DNA from: Thermodesulfobacteriota bacterium
Lineage (GTDB): Bacteria; Desulfobacterota; Desulfobulbia; Desulfobulbales; SURF-16
Length of the DNA: 21,803 bases
Direction of reading: 5' to 3'
Assembly (NCBI GenBank): GCA_039715015.1
Contig: JBDLIE010000044.1
Coordinates: 1-21,803, forward strand
Below, in pieces: positions 8,982 through 16,925 of this stretch (within the stretch, counting starts at the first letter, position 1; each line of letters opens with the position of its first letter). The notes under the pieces are model-generated. The model was given only the letters and a program-made list of their open reading frames with translations, did not search any database and was not told the DNA's origin. Both the position numbers and the translations under genes were made by a program.

Positions 8982-9297
8982 CTCAGCACGGATTACCGTG
9001 GGAAGGCCTGTGCCCTATATCACCTTTCCTGCTGCGAACGTTGTTTTGTTCTTTTTTGTGTGCCCAAAAAATGAACCAAAAAGGGCACCCCTAACAGTCC
9101 TGGCCTTCGGCACCACTCACCTTCCGCTGTGCCAGGCGGCATTGCAGAAAGCCGTGAAGTTTATGCCCGGTGTGTGGGTGCTCAGACATGCTGCAATGCT
9201 CTTCGCCGTGCCCAGCTCCCCGCTCGCTCAGGCCTGAATGGGGAAAATCAAAATCAAAACCTTTAAAAGCAGAAGTTCCACGGTAATCAGTGATGAG
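8982..9297. mobile_element. Non-coding MITE-like repeat element, complete copy
   Basis: Terminal inverted repeats CTCAGCACGGATTACCGTGG (8982-9001) and 9278-9297 match 18/20. Flanking direct repeat CCATAAAAAA (8972-8981)/CCGTAAAAAA (9298-9307). Second copy at the window end. Confidence 0.75.
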
Positions 9298-9301
9298 CCG
9301 T

Positions 9302-9334
9302 AAAAAAAAGGGAGCCTGAAGAGGCTCCCTTTTT
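9302..9334 (-). terminator. Intrinsic terminator (bidirectional form) after the SH3-protein gene
   Basis: A8-GGGAGCCT-GAAG-AGGCTCCC-T5: perfect 8-bp stem about 20 nt past the stop at 9354. Confidence 0.88.
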
Positions 9335-9353
9335 ATGGCAAGAAGAAAAAAGT

Positions 9354-9836
9354 TTACGGCCAGACCAGCGAGTTGTGAACCCAGCCCCTGGTGCCATCAG
9401 CATGGGTGACTTGCAGCCATTTGCCGTCTTTGCGCCCGGGGGTGAAGACGACCCCGTAAAGGGCAGTGGCAGATATCTCATAATTTTTGCCAGGACCTAC
9501 GCGAAGGTTTGCTTTCTTCACCTTAACAATAACCTGGCGGTCTTTCTGTAAAAGGGGGCTGTAGATCCAGCCGGTATCGCCTTCAAAATCTTCGGTGTGG
9601 ACCCACTTTCCTTTGCGGCCAACAACCTTGAGAGGAAAGTTTTTAAAGACCTCCCAGTGCACCTCAGCCTTGGTAGAAGGCGATGAACGAACGTTGACTC
9701 CATCTTTAACAACGGTGACATACTCAGCAGCCTGGCAGGTGCGGCTCTGAGCAAACACAGTAAACACAAGGAGCGCAGCAATGGCAAGGGGGGATACTTT
9801 GTAGATAAATTTCATGATAGTAAACTGCTCTGTCAT
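9354..9836 (-). CDS. Secreted tandem bacterial SH3-domain protein
   Basis: Signal-peptide-like N-terminus and two repeats of N(V/L)RxxP...GKW...DGxxGW(I/V). Start could be 9836 or the next Met at 9815. Confidence 0.85.
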   Translation of the reverse strand: MTEQFTIMKFIYKVSPLAIAALLVFTVFAQSRTCQAAEYVTVVKDGVNVRSSPSTKAEVHWEVFKNFPLKVVGRKGKWVHTEDFEGDTGWIYSPLLQKDRQVIVKVKKANLRVGPGKNYEISATALYGVVFTPGRKDGKWLQVTHADGTRGWVHNSLVWP

Positions 9837-10009
9837 AAATAATTATTCGTAACAACTTGTAAATGTTAGTTTTTAGTAGCAACCTCTCCAAAATAGCATC
9901 CTGGAGCCCGCAAGTCAATACGGATAGCCACATCGTGATAGAGTAAAAAAACAAAGAGCCATAAAGTCCTGTTAATCATTTCAGCTGTTGAGCAGGGAAT
10001 AAATGGGAA

Positions 10010-10051
10010 CGCCAAGCGGTGAGACAAATGAACTCATCCCACTGCTTGGTG
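10010..10051. other. Imperfect hairpin directly after the MCP stop codon
   Basis: CGCCAAGCGGTG (10010-10021) pairs with CACTGCTTGGTG (10040-10051) using two G-U pairs on the + strand; no clean U-tract. Confidence 0.4.
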
Positions 10052-11647
10052 CTAGAAATCAGTAAAATTTTCGTCATCATCAAAGGGGATAGCCGTCTGA
10101 GCCAGAAGGTTTTTTTGAGGCCCTTGGTTGGTGGCAAGATTTCCTGCGAAGGTGTGAGGCTGAGAATGTACAGGCGAGCTGGAGGTCATTGTGCCGGGGC
10201 CTTCACTTTGTTTCATTGCACCGCCAATGAGTAGTGAGATCTCTCTGACTGTATTTTTCATACTTATCGATTGGGCATTCAATTCTTCAGAAGCACTAGC
10301 TGTTTCTTCAGCTGTTTCAGCATTTTTCTGAGTAACCTGGTCCATCTCGCTGACCGCTGTGTTTATGTGACTAAACCCCTGGGCTTGCTCCTGGGAAGCG
10401 GAGGCGATTTCATTGATCAGTTTGTTGACCTGTTCCGAAGCTTCTGCCACTTGGGAAAAGGATCTGTTGGTGGTTTCAAGCAGGGCGGTGCTCTCCTTTA
10501 CCTTTGAAACGGTCCCTTCTATTAATCCTGAGGTGTCACGTGCAGCTTCAGCGGCGCGCATGGCAAGGCTTCTAACTTCATCAGCCACCACAGCAAAACC
10601 AGCACCAGCTTCCCCCGCTCTGGCAGCTTCAACAGCAGCATTCAAGGCAAGCAGGTTAGTTTGGAAGGCGATTTCATCAATAGTTTTAATAATTTTTGAA
10701 GTATCCTCACTGGCCTTGGAAACCTCAGCCATAGACGCGGTTAATTCTGCCATGGAGGAGTTGGACTGGTTGACCACCCGAGAGGTTTTGTTCATTAACG
10801 TATCGGCCTTTTGAGCGTTATCGGCATTTCTCTGGGTCATGGAATTTAACTCTTCTAAGGCAGAGGAGCTTTCTTCAACGGCCGAGGCTTGCTCTGTGGC
10901 ACCTTCTGCCAGCTTTTGGCTTGCAAAAGAAACTTGGCCTGATGCGGAGGATACATGGGTTGCGCCTTCATTGATTTCGTTAAAGGCTTGATTTAAACTT
11001 CTGACGATTCCGCGAGTAATGATTATTGAAGAGAAAATTCCAAAAAATATGGTTATTCCGCCCCCTGCAACTCCCCCTGTTAAAAAGAACTGTAAAAAGG
11101 AATTTATTTCTTCTATCTTGGCTGCGCCCGTGCCAGTTTGTTCGTCAATAAAAGGAGCTATAGCTTCACCTAAAGCACCAGCAACTTCATCGAAATCAGC
11201 CATCATCTTATTACCGGCGCCAGGGCCACCGGCAATATACGCTTCGGCCATTTTTATACCGACAGAATAATAGGCCTCGAAAAGTTTTTGTAAATCCTCC
11301 ATTTTGCCAAGATATTCGTGATTGTTTTGCTCCTCATAATATTTATGAAATGTTTGTAGGCCGTGCAGAAAGGACTCCCGTGAGTTTGCAGCTTCATCAA
11401 AACCATCATTAAGACCGTCACGTCCACGGGTGGCGGAGATATCTGTAAGCCACTGTTGCACCTGGACCACATCAAGCTGCATTTTTTGTGCATTCATTGC
11501 CATGTCAAAGTTGACGGCACTTTGCTGGCTTTTAGTACGGATGCTGGATGTCGTAACAAATACCATGAGAACACCAAGCATGAGGATGGATATAGGACTC
11601 CCGAAACCTATTGCAATTCTGCGGCCTATAGTCATTTTTGCCAACAT
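10052..11647 (-). CDS. Methyl-accepting chemotaxis protein
   Basis: Two TM segments flank a periplasmic domain. Signalling tip [35 protein letters not shown]-terminal NFTDF pentapeptide; RBS AAGGAG upstream. Confidence 0.95.
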   Translation of the reverse strand: MLAKMTIGRRIAIGFGSPISILMLGVLMVFVTTSSIRTKSQQSAVNFDMAMNAQKMQLDVVQVQQWLTDISATRGRDGLNDGFDEAANSRESFLHGLQTFHKYYEEQNNHEYLGKMEDLQKLFEAYYSVGIKMAEAYIAGGPGAGNKMMADFDEVAGALGEAIAPFIDEQTGTGAAKIEEINSFLQFFLTGGVAGGGITIFFGIFSSIIITRGIVRSLNQAFNEINEGATHVSSASGQVSFASQKLAEGATEQASAVEESSSALEELNSMTQRNADNAQKADTLMNKTSRVVNQSNSSMAELTASMAEVSKASEDTSKIIKTIDEIAFQTNLLALNAAVEAARAGEAGAGFAVVADEVRSLAMRAAEAARDTSGLIEGTVSKVKESTALLETTNRSFSQVAEASEQVNKLINEIASASQEQAQGFSHINTAVSEMDQVTQKNAETAEETASASEELNAQSISMKNTVREISLLIGGAMKQSEGPGTMTSSSPVHSQPHTFAGNLATNQGPQKNLLAQTAIPFDDDENFTDF

Positions 11648-11706
11648 ATCGACTCCTTAGTTTTGTTCAAAAAAAGGAAAATCGTGCTAATAGATTATAG
11701 GAATAA

Positions 11707-11735
11707 TTATCGGAAAAAGTGAAGGGAAAAGTTTA
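11707..11735 (-). promoter_or_regulatory. Possible sigma28 (FliA) promoter for the MCP gene
   Basis: Minus strand TAAA-N17-TCCGATAA versus consensus TAAA-N15/16-GCCGATAA, 60 nt upstream of a chemoreceptor. The spacer is slightly long. Confidence 0.4.
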
Positions 11736-11801
11736 AAGAAACAAACGGTTGTGGGCTGATGAGATTGCAGCTTTACCACTCTGGTGGTGGTCCTTGAGTG
11801 G

Positions 11802-12542
11802 CTAATTGGCAGGGGAGACAATATGGATAAGAAACTCCTTGTTCCCCTTAGGGCCGAGGATGGGCGAATCAGTCACCCCTCGGTGGTTGAGGCCGAGGCT
11901 GTCGACAAATTCTTTGATTGAATCAATAACTTCTTTGTGCAGTGCTGGGTCGCTTACAACCCCGCCTTTGCCCACCTTGCCTTTGCCTACCTCAAATTGA
12001 GGTTTTATAAGTGACAGAATGCTTACGGGCTTATGGGCAAAGAGAGGTAGAAGGGCTGGGATGAGGAGCTTGATGGAGATAAAGGCCGCATCAATAACAG
12101 CCAGGTCGAGAGAGTCGGGGATTTCTTTACTGGTAAGGTAGCGGGCATTTGTCCTCTCCAGAACAACCACCTTAGGGTCTTGGCGTAATTTCCAGTCGAG
12201 CTGGCCGTAGCCCACATCCACTGCATAGACCTTGGCTGCACCGTTTTGCAGGAGGCAGTCGCTAAAGCCGCCGGTGGAGGCGCCAATGTCAGCGCAGATA
12301 AATCCACTGGGATCAAGTTGGAAATGATCAAGACCCTTGGCGAGTTTGAGGCCGCCCCGGCTCACAAAGGGACAGGCTTTGCCCTTGATGGTTATCTCTA
12401 GGCTGTCATCAATCTGGCTTCCGGCCTTGTCGACAAGCTGGCCCGCCACCAATACCTGGCCGCTGCCAATGATGGCCTGGGCCTTTTGCCTGCTGTCAGC
12501 CAGGCCGCGGGACACCAATAATTTGTCGAGACGTATTTTCAT
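11802..12542 (-). CDS. tlyA: TlyA-family rRNA 2'-O-methyltransferase
   Basis: S4-like start KIRLDKLLV, then FVSRGGLKL, DIGASTGGF, LIKPQFE and SPILGPKGNKEF. ATG at 12542; the ORF-track extension is REP sequence. Confidence 0.93.
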   Translation of the reverse strand: MKIRLDKLLVSRGLADSRQKAQAIIGSGQVLVAGQLVDKAGSQIDDSLEITIKGKACPFVSRGGLKLAKGLDHFQLDPSGFICADIGASTGGFSDCLLQNGAAKVYAVDVGYGQLDWKLRQDPKVVVLERTNARYLTSKEIPDSLDLAVIDAAFISIKLLIPALLPLFAHKPVSILSLIKPQFEVGKGKVGKGGVVSDPALHKEVIDSIKEFVDSLGLNHRGVTDSPILGPKGNKEFLIHIVSPAN

Positions 12543-12569
12543 TGCAGGAGGAGTACCCAGAGATAATTC

Positions 12570-12642
12570 GTAGGAGCCCTCCCCTGCGGGCGATAAGGTG
12601 TTTGTCGGTGTTGAACTATCGCCCACAGGGGAGGGCTCCTAC
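12570..12642. repeat. GTAG-family REP doublet (REPIN-like)
   Basis: GTAGGAGCCCTCCCCTGCGGGCGATA (12570-12595) with an inverted copy at 12617-12642, 25/26 match. Each arm is GTAG followed by a short internal palindrome (GCCC...GGGC). Confidence 0.8.
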
Positions 12643-12654
12643 TGGCTACTTCAT

Positions 12655-14004
12655 TTACACATCCGCCTTGCGGATTAATTCGCAGAGTTCGTCAGCCATG
12701 GTATCGATGGTGTCGTGGTGTTTGCCTTCAAGCATCACCCTGACCACCGGTTCGGTACCGGAATGGCGGACAAGGATGCGGCCATCTCCAGCCAGTTTCT
12801 TTTCCATCTTGGCCATGGTGTCGTTGAAGTTTGGCACCAGATCGAGGTTCATCTTTTGGGCAGTGCGAACATTCTTCAGGACTTGGGGGAAGGAGTCCAT
12901 CACCGTGGCAAGTTCAGAGATCGGCTTGTTGCGCTTGATCATAACGGCCAGAAGCTGCAGAGCTGCCAGGATACCATCGCCGGTGGTGTTGTGGTCCAGG
13001 AAGATGAGATGTCCTGATTGTTCGCCGCCAAAGGAGTATTTATTCTTGCGCATTTCCTCCACGACATATCGATCGCCAACGGCTGTCCGGATCATTTTGC
13101 CGCCCATACCGGCCATGGCAACCTCCAGACCCATGTTGCTCATCACCGTTGTGACCAGGGTCTTTTTCTTCAGCTTCTTGATGGCGATAAGCTCTTTGGC
13201 ACAAATGGCCATGATGTGGTCACCGTCAACAATTTTGCCCTTTTCATCACAGACGATGAGGCGGTCACCGTCGCCATCTAAGGCAATGCCGATATCAGCG
13301 CCTAGCTCCTGAACCTTGGCGGCCATGACCTCTGGGTGGAGAGCGCCGCACTCCTTGTTGATGTTTTTGCCGTCCGGATCAACACCGATGGCCGTGACCT
13401 TGGCCCCGAGCTCTTCAAAAACATGGGGAGCAACGCCGTAGGTGGCGCCATGGGCACAGTCAAGAACGATGTGGAAGCCATCCAGGGTATATTTCTTGGG
13501 AAAGGTGTTTTTCAAAAAGACAATATAGCGGCCCCGGGCATCATCAATGCGGGTTGCCTTGCCCACCTCATCTGCCACTGGCCGCAGGGCCTCCATCTTC
13601 TGGGAAAAGATGAGATCCTCTATATCCGCTTCTTTTTGGTCCGGTAGTTTGAAGCCATCCCGGGAGAAGATTTTAATACCGTTATCCTGGAATGGGTTAT
13701 GGGAGGCGGAAATGACCACTCCGGCATCAGCACGCATGCTGGTGGTGATAAAAGCGATACCCGGGGTGGGCATGGGGCCGAGAAGCATAACGTCCACACC
13801 CATGGAGCATATTCCTGCTGCCAAGGCATTTTCCAGCATGTAGCCGGAAACCCGGGTGTCTTTGCCGATGACAATGCGATGGCCCTGGCGCATGTCTTTA
13901 ACCTGGAAGGCAATGCCGCGACCAATCTGCATGGCAATCTCAGTGGTCATGGGATGTATATTGGCAACACCTCGGATGCCGTCTGTACCGAATAATTTAC
14001 GCAT
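12655..14004 (-). CDS. glmM: Phosphoglucosamine mutase
   Basis: LFGTDGIRG, active-site ISASHNP, metal loop DGDGDR, GGEQSGH and RHSGTEP; 449 aa. Confidence 0.97.
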   Translation of the reverse strand: MRKLFGTDGIRGVANIHPMTTEIAMQIGRGIAFQVKDMRQGHRIVIGKDTRVSGYMLENALAAGICSMGVDVMLLGPMPTPGIAFITTSMRADAGVVISASHNPFQDNGIKIFSRDGFKLPDQKEADIEDLIFSQKMEALRPVADEVGKATRIDDARGRYIVFLKNTFPKKYTLDGFHIVLDCAHGATYGVAPHVFEELGAKVTAIGVDPDGKNINKECGALHPEVMAAKVQELGADIGIALDGDGDRLIVCDEKGKIVDGDHIMAICAKELIAIKKLKKKTLVTTVMSNMGLEVAMAGMGGKMIRTAVGDRYVVEEMRKNKYSFGGEQSGHLIFLDHNTTGDGILAALQLLAVMIKRNKPISELATVMDSFPQVLKNVRTAQKMNLDLVPNFNDTMAKMEKKLAGDGRILVRHSGTEPVVRVMLEGKHHDTIDTMADELCELIRKADV

Positions 14005-14046
14005 GATTAAACCTGTAACTTGGTTGCTGGGATGGGGGGGTGAAGT

Positions 14047-15015
14047 CTACTTCTTTTTCGCTGGAGGCACCGTCACCGTAATTTCAGGAGGGATGATTTC
14101 AAGGATCTTAACCCCCTCTGCCGGTGTGACCAGGACCTTGATTTTGTGGGTTCCTGGCTTGAGGCCGGCAGCGGTAATGGTGGCGGAGAACAGTGATTTG
14201 TAATTGTTTGCCTTCTGCGACACCGAGTAGGGGATGGATGAGTGGACCGTCACCTTTTTCGGTGAGATTTTTAACTTGGGGATATTTTCTCCCTTGGGTG
14301 GCAGCACAGGGACACTCTTCACGGCCCGGTGGATCATTTTATCTTCAATAATGATGCTTGCTGTGACCACTGGATGGCCGATAAGCTCTGAGATCTCAGG
14401 GGTAAGCTCAAGGGAGGTGTGGGTCATGGTTGAGCTTGTCAAACCACTGATGTCCAGGGGCAGAGTGTTGATCACACTTTCCTTGCCGATGATGGCCTCA
14501 GAGGCGGTGATGGTAATTTCAGCAGGCTCAAGCAGAACGGAAACCAGGGTGTATCCCTTGGGTACCTGACCTGTGGTGACTGCGTGGATGGGTAGCTTTT
14601 TGTCGATGAGCTTATCGAGCTGAATAATAAATTCAGACGGTTTAGCTCTAAGGACCTGTACTCCCCATGGGATGGGGATGGACTTGGTGTCGTTTTTGAT
14701 AACCACCGGGCCCTGGCCGGCGTCAGAAAGGTCCACGGTGCGTGAAACCTCACCTGTCATATTGCGGATAAGACCGCGGGGGCCGCTAACCGTGACCTCC
14801 AGTTCTTTTTTATACTCATTGGCAATAATAAGATCTTGGGGCAGGTTGATAACCTCCACCGGCACCTTTACCGTCATATCGACATTGTCCTCACCTGCCA
14901 CAAAATACCACATGAAGACAGCGAAAAAGAGACTGAGGAGTTTGAGCACCCAGTTCTTCGGCCATGTCCAGGATCCGAAAATACGGTTTAGGCTCTGTTT
15001 AACCAGTTTTTCCAT
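14047..15015 (-). CDS. cdaR: YbbR-domain regulator of diadenylate cyclase (CdaR)
   Basis: N-terminal anchor KLLSLFFAVFMWYFV followed by beta-rich YbbR-like repeats; lies between cdaA and glmM. Confidence 0.85.
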   Translation of the reverse strand: MEKLVKQSLNRIFGSWTWPKNWVLKLLSLFFAVFMWYFVAGEDNVDMTVKVPVEVINLPQDLIIANEYKKELEVTVSGPRGLIRNMTGEVSRTVDLSDAGQGPVVIKNDTKSIPIPWGVQVLRAKPSEFIIQLDKLIDKKLPIHAVTTGQVPKGYTLVSVLLEPAEITITASEAIIGKESVINTLPLDISGLTSSTMTHTSLELTPEISELIGHPVVTASIIIEDKMIHRAVKSVPVLPPKGENIPKLKISPKKVTVHSSIPYSVSQKANNYKSLFSATITAAGLKPGTHKIKVLVTPAEGVKILEIIPPEITVTVPPAKKK

Positions 15016-15797
15016 ATGTTCCTCTGGAATTCCTTAGGGACAAAGATTGCTTCCAGGCGATTGCGCAGGGAAGTGATATCAAGATCACTGGTAATGCCGC
15101 CATGCATAACAAGGGAAATGGCCCCTGTTTCTTCGGAGACAACAATAATCACCGCATCTGTTTCCTCGGAAAGGCCGATGGCCGCCCGATGCCGTGTGCC
15201 AAGGGAGCGGCTGATGTAAGGGTTTTTGGTCAGAGGAAGGACGCAGCGAGCGTGGAGGATCCTGCCCTTGCGAACAATGATGCCGCCATCATGGAGGGGA
15301 GAGGAGGTGTGAAAGAGACTGATGAGCAGCTCTTTACTTAATTTGGCGTCCAGGCTCACGGCCGATTCAATATAGTCCCGCAGGCCTGTTTCCCGCTCTA
15401 TAACAGTGAGGCCGCCGATTTTCCGTTTTGCCAAATATTCGCTGGCGCCGATCACCTCATCCAGGGATTGGCTTTCGTCCTCCCCAGTTCTGGTGGAAAA
15501 GGGAGTTTGGCCCATCTGGGTAAGGGCGCGGCGAATGTCACGTTGAAAAATAATGATAATAATCAGCAGGATAGAGCTTAAAAAACGACCAAGGAGCCAG
15601 TATAGGGTGAGAAGCTGGAACTCGCGGGCTATGAAATAGACAATGATGATGACAAAGATGCCTGCCAGCATCTGCACCGCTCTTGTCCCCCTGATGAGCA
15701 AAATAGCCCGGTAAATGATGAAAGAGACAATAAGGATGTCTGCCAGATCAAAAAGAAGCCGGTATGATTGAAAAAAATGATAGATAGCTTCTGTCAT
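14988..15797 (-). CDS. cdaA: Membrane diadenylate cyclase (c-di-AMP synthase)
   Basis: Three N-terminal TM segments, FQRDIRRAL, SPLHDGG, GTRHRAA and VVSEETG. Overlaps cdaR by 28 nt. Confidence 0.95.
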   Translation of the reverse strand: MTEAIYHFFQSYRLLFDLADILIVSFIIYRAILLIRGTRAVQMLAGIFVIIIVYFIAREFQLLTLYWLLGRFLSSILLIIIIIFQRDIRRALTQMGQTPFSTRTGEDESQSLDEVIGASEYLAKRKIGGLTVIERETGLRDYIESAVSLDAKLSKELLISLFHTSSPLHDGGIIVRKGRILHARCVLPLTKNPYISRSLGTRHRAAIGLSEETDAVIIVVSEETGAISLVMHGGITSDLDITSLRNRLEAIFVPKEFQRNIWKNWLNRA

Positions 15798-16110
15798 TTA
15801 CAAAAAAAAGTCATGGTTTGCATCTCTGTGATCAGAGGTGCGGAGCATGTTGAATGTGCGCCTTTTTTTATCATATATAAATTGAAGCAACTTTGCGAGA
15901 TTAAAGAAATTTATGACAAAGAAAAGTGGTGAAATTTGGATGACTTCAACCATGTTTTCCACAAGAAATTCTGGACATTTTGTTGGCGCGTGCCTCTTTC
16001 TGTAGCTTTTTTGTCACTTTATGAAAAGCTTTTTCTTGATGAATTGACGTAAAAACAAGAGGTTGTGCATGAAATGACGTTCAGGCGGTTTTTTTGCCAG
16101 TCCGACAATC

Positions 16111-16139
16111 TTGACACCCAGAAAAAAGTTATTTATATG
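16111..16139 (+). promoter_or_regulatory. Putative sigma70 promoter for rpsT
   Basis: Perfect TTGACA at 16111-16116 and AT-rich TATATG 17 nt later (weak -10). Confidence 0.45.
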
Positions 16140-16336
16140 TTCGTGTTTCGTGCGTCCTCGCTGACGATCATGCCTGTTTTGATAGTGGCTGCCAGGCATG
16201 GATAGATTTAAAATAACAGCTCTGTGAAAATATCCCGAACCTTGTCCGTAGGTGAAGGAACCCCCAGCTATCCGAAACAGGGGGAGCGAGTTTTGCAGAA
16301 CTCTTCAACAGATGTTTTTTACAAAGAGGAAAAATA

Positions 16337-16612
16337 GTGGCTAATCATAAATCAGCATTAAAGAGAAATCGGCAAAATGCCGTGCGTCGTGCCCGTAACC
16401 GCGCAATCCGTACCAAGATGAAGGGTTACATCAAACGCATTGACACTGCCATTGAGGAAAATTCAGTGGACAATGCCCAGTTGGCATTAAAAGAGGCTGT
16501 TCCGGTCATCATGAAGGCCGCCTCCAAGGGCACCCTGAAGAAGGAAAATGCTTCTCGCAAGGTGTCTCGTCTTACCAAGCGGGTTAATAAGTTTGTAGCA
16601 AGCGCAGCGTAG
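16337..16612 (+). CDS. rpsT: 30S ribosomal protein S20
   Basis: MANHKSALKRNRQ...ASRKVSRL; GTG start with AGAGGA RBS. Confidence 0.98.
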   Translation: MANHKSALKRNRQNAVRRARNRAIRTKMKGYIKRIDTAIEENSVDNAQLALKEAVPVIMKAASKGTLKKENASRKVSRLTKRVNKFVASAA

Positions 16613-16804
16613 TTGCCTGTTACCGACCCCAGCAGGAATCAAAGAGAAGGGGCTTGAGTGGCGCCTGATGCTGCTCCAAAGAAACGATGAGACATCAGGC
16701 CGATACCGATGATGACGAAATGTCGAAAAAATCGATGATGATTTCTTTCTTTGTGCCCAGTGGACATGAGTCCCTTGGCAGCCATCATTTCATTTAGCTT
16801 CTCG

Positions 16805-16846
16805 AAAAAAGCCATGGAACCGTAACTCGGATCCGTGGCTTTTTTT
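16805..16846 (+). terminator. Intrinsic terminator between rpsT and trpE
   Basis: A6-GCCATGGA-A-CCG-TAACT-CGG-A-TCCGTGGC-T7. Confidence 0.8.
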
Positions 16847-16925
16847 ATGGCGGCCTTTTCTGCTTTTTGAGCTTGATAGCGTCTGGTTGGAACCGGACAG
16901 CATCTGTCTAAAGGATATCTGTAAA

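Noticed and set aside
8894..8989. N-terminal extension of DHFR
   Set aside because: Starts within the element terminus; DHFR similarity begins after 8893.
8998..9237. 79-aa ORF
   Set aside because: Lies wholly inside the structured repeat element, with no transposase or other recognisable motif.
12550..12560. GGAGTACCCAG shared with 20948-20958
   Set aside because: An 11-nt match is expected by chance in 22 kb and the flanks do not align.
12543..12626. N-terminal extension of TlyA in the ORF track
   Set aside because: Translates the REP doublet; family similarity begins at MKIRLD (12542).
16811..16825. T-box-like TGGAACC upstream of trpE
   Set aside because: Falls inside the terminator stem, lacks the preceding GG, and no convincing Stem I or specifier loop was found.
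16613..16925. Classical Trp-codon leader peptide
   Set aside because: The TGG triplets nearest the terminator are not in a frame with a usable start, and there are no tandem Trp codons.
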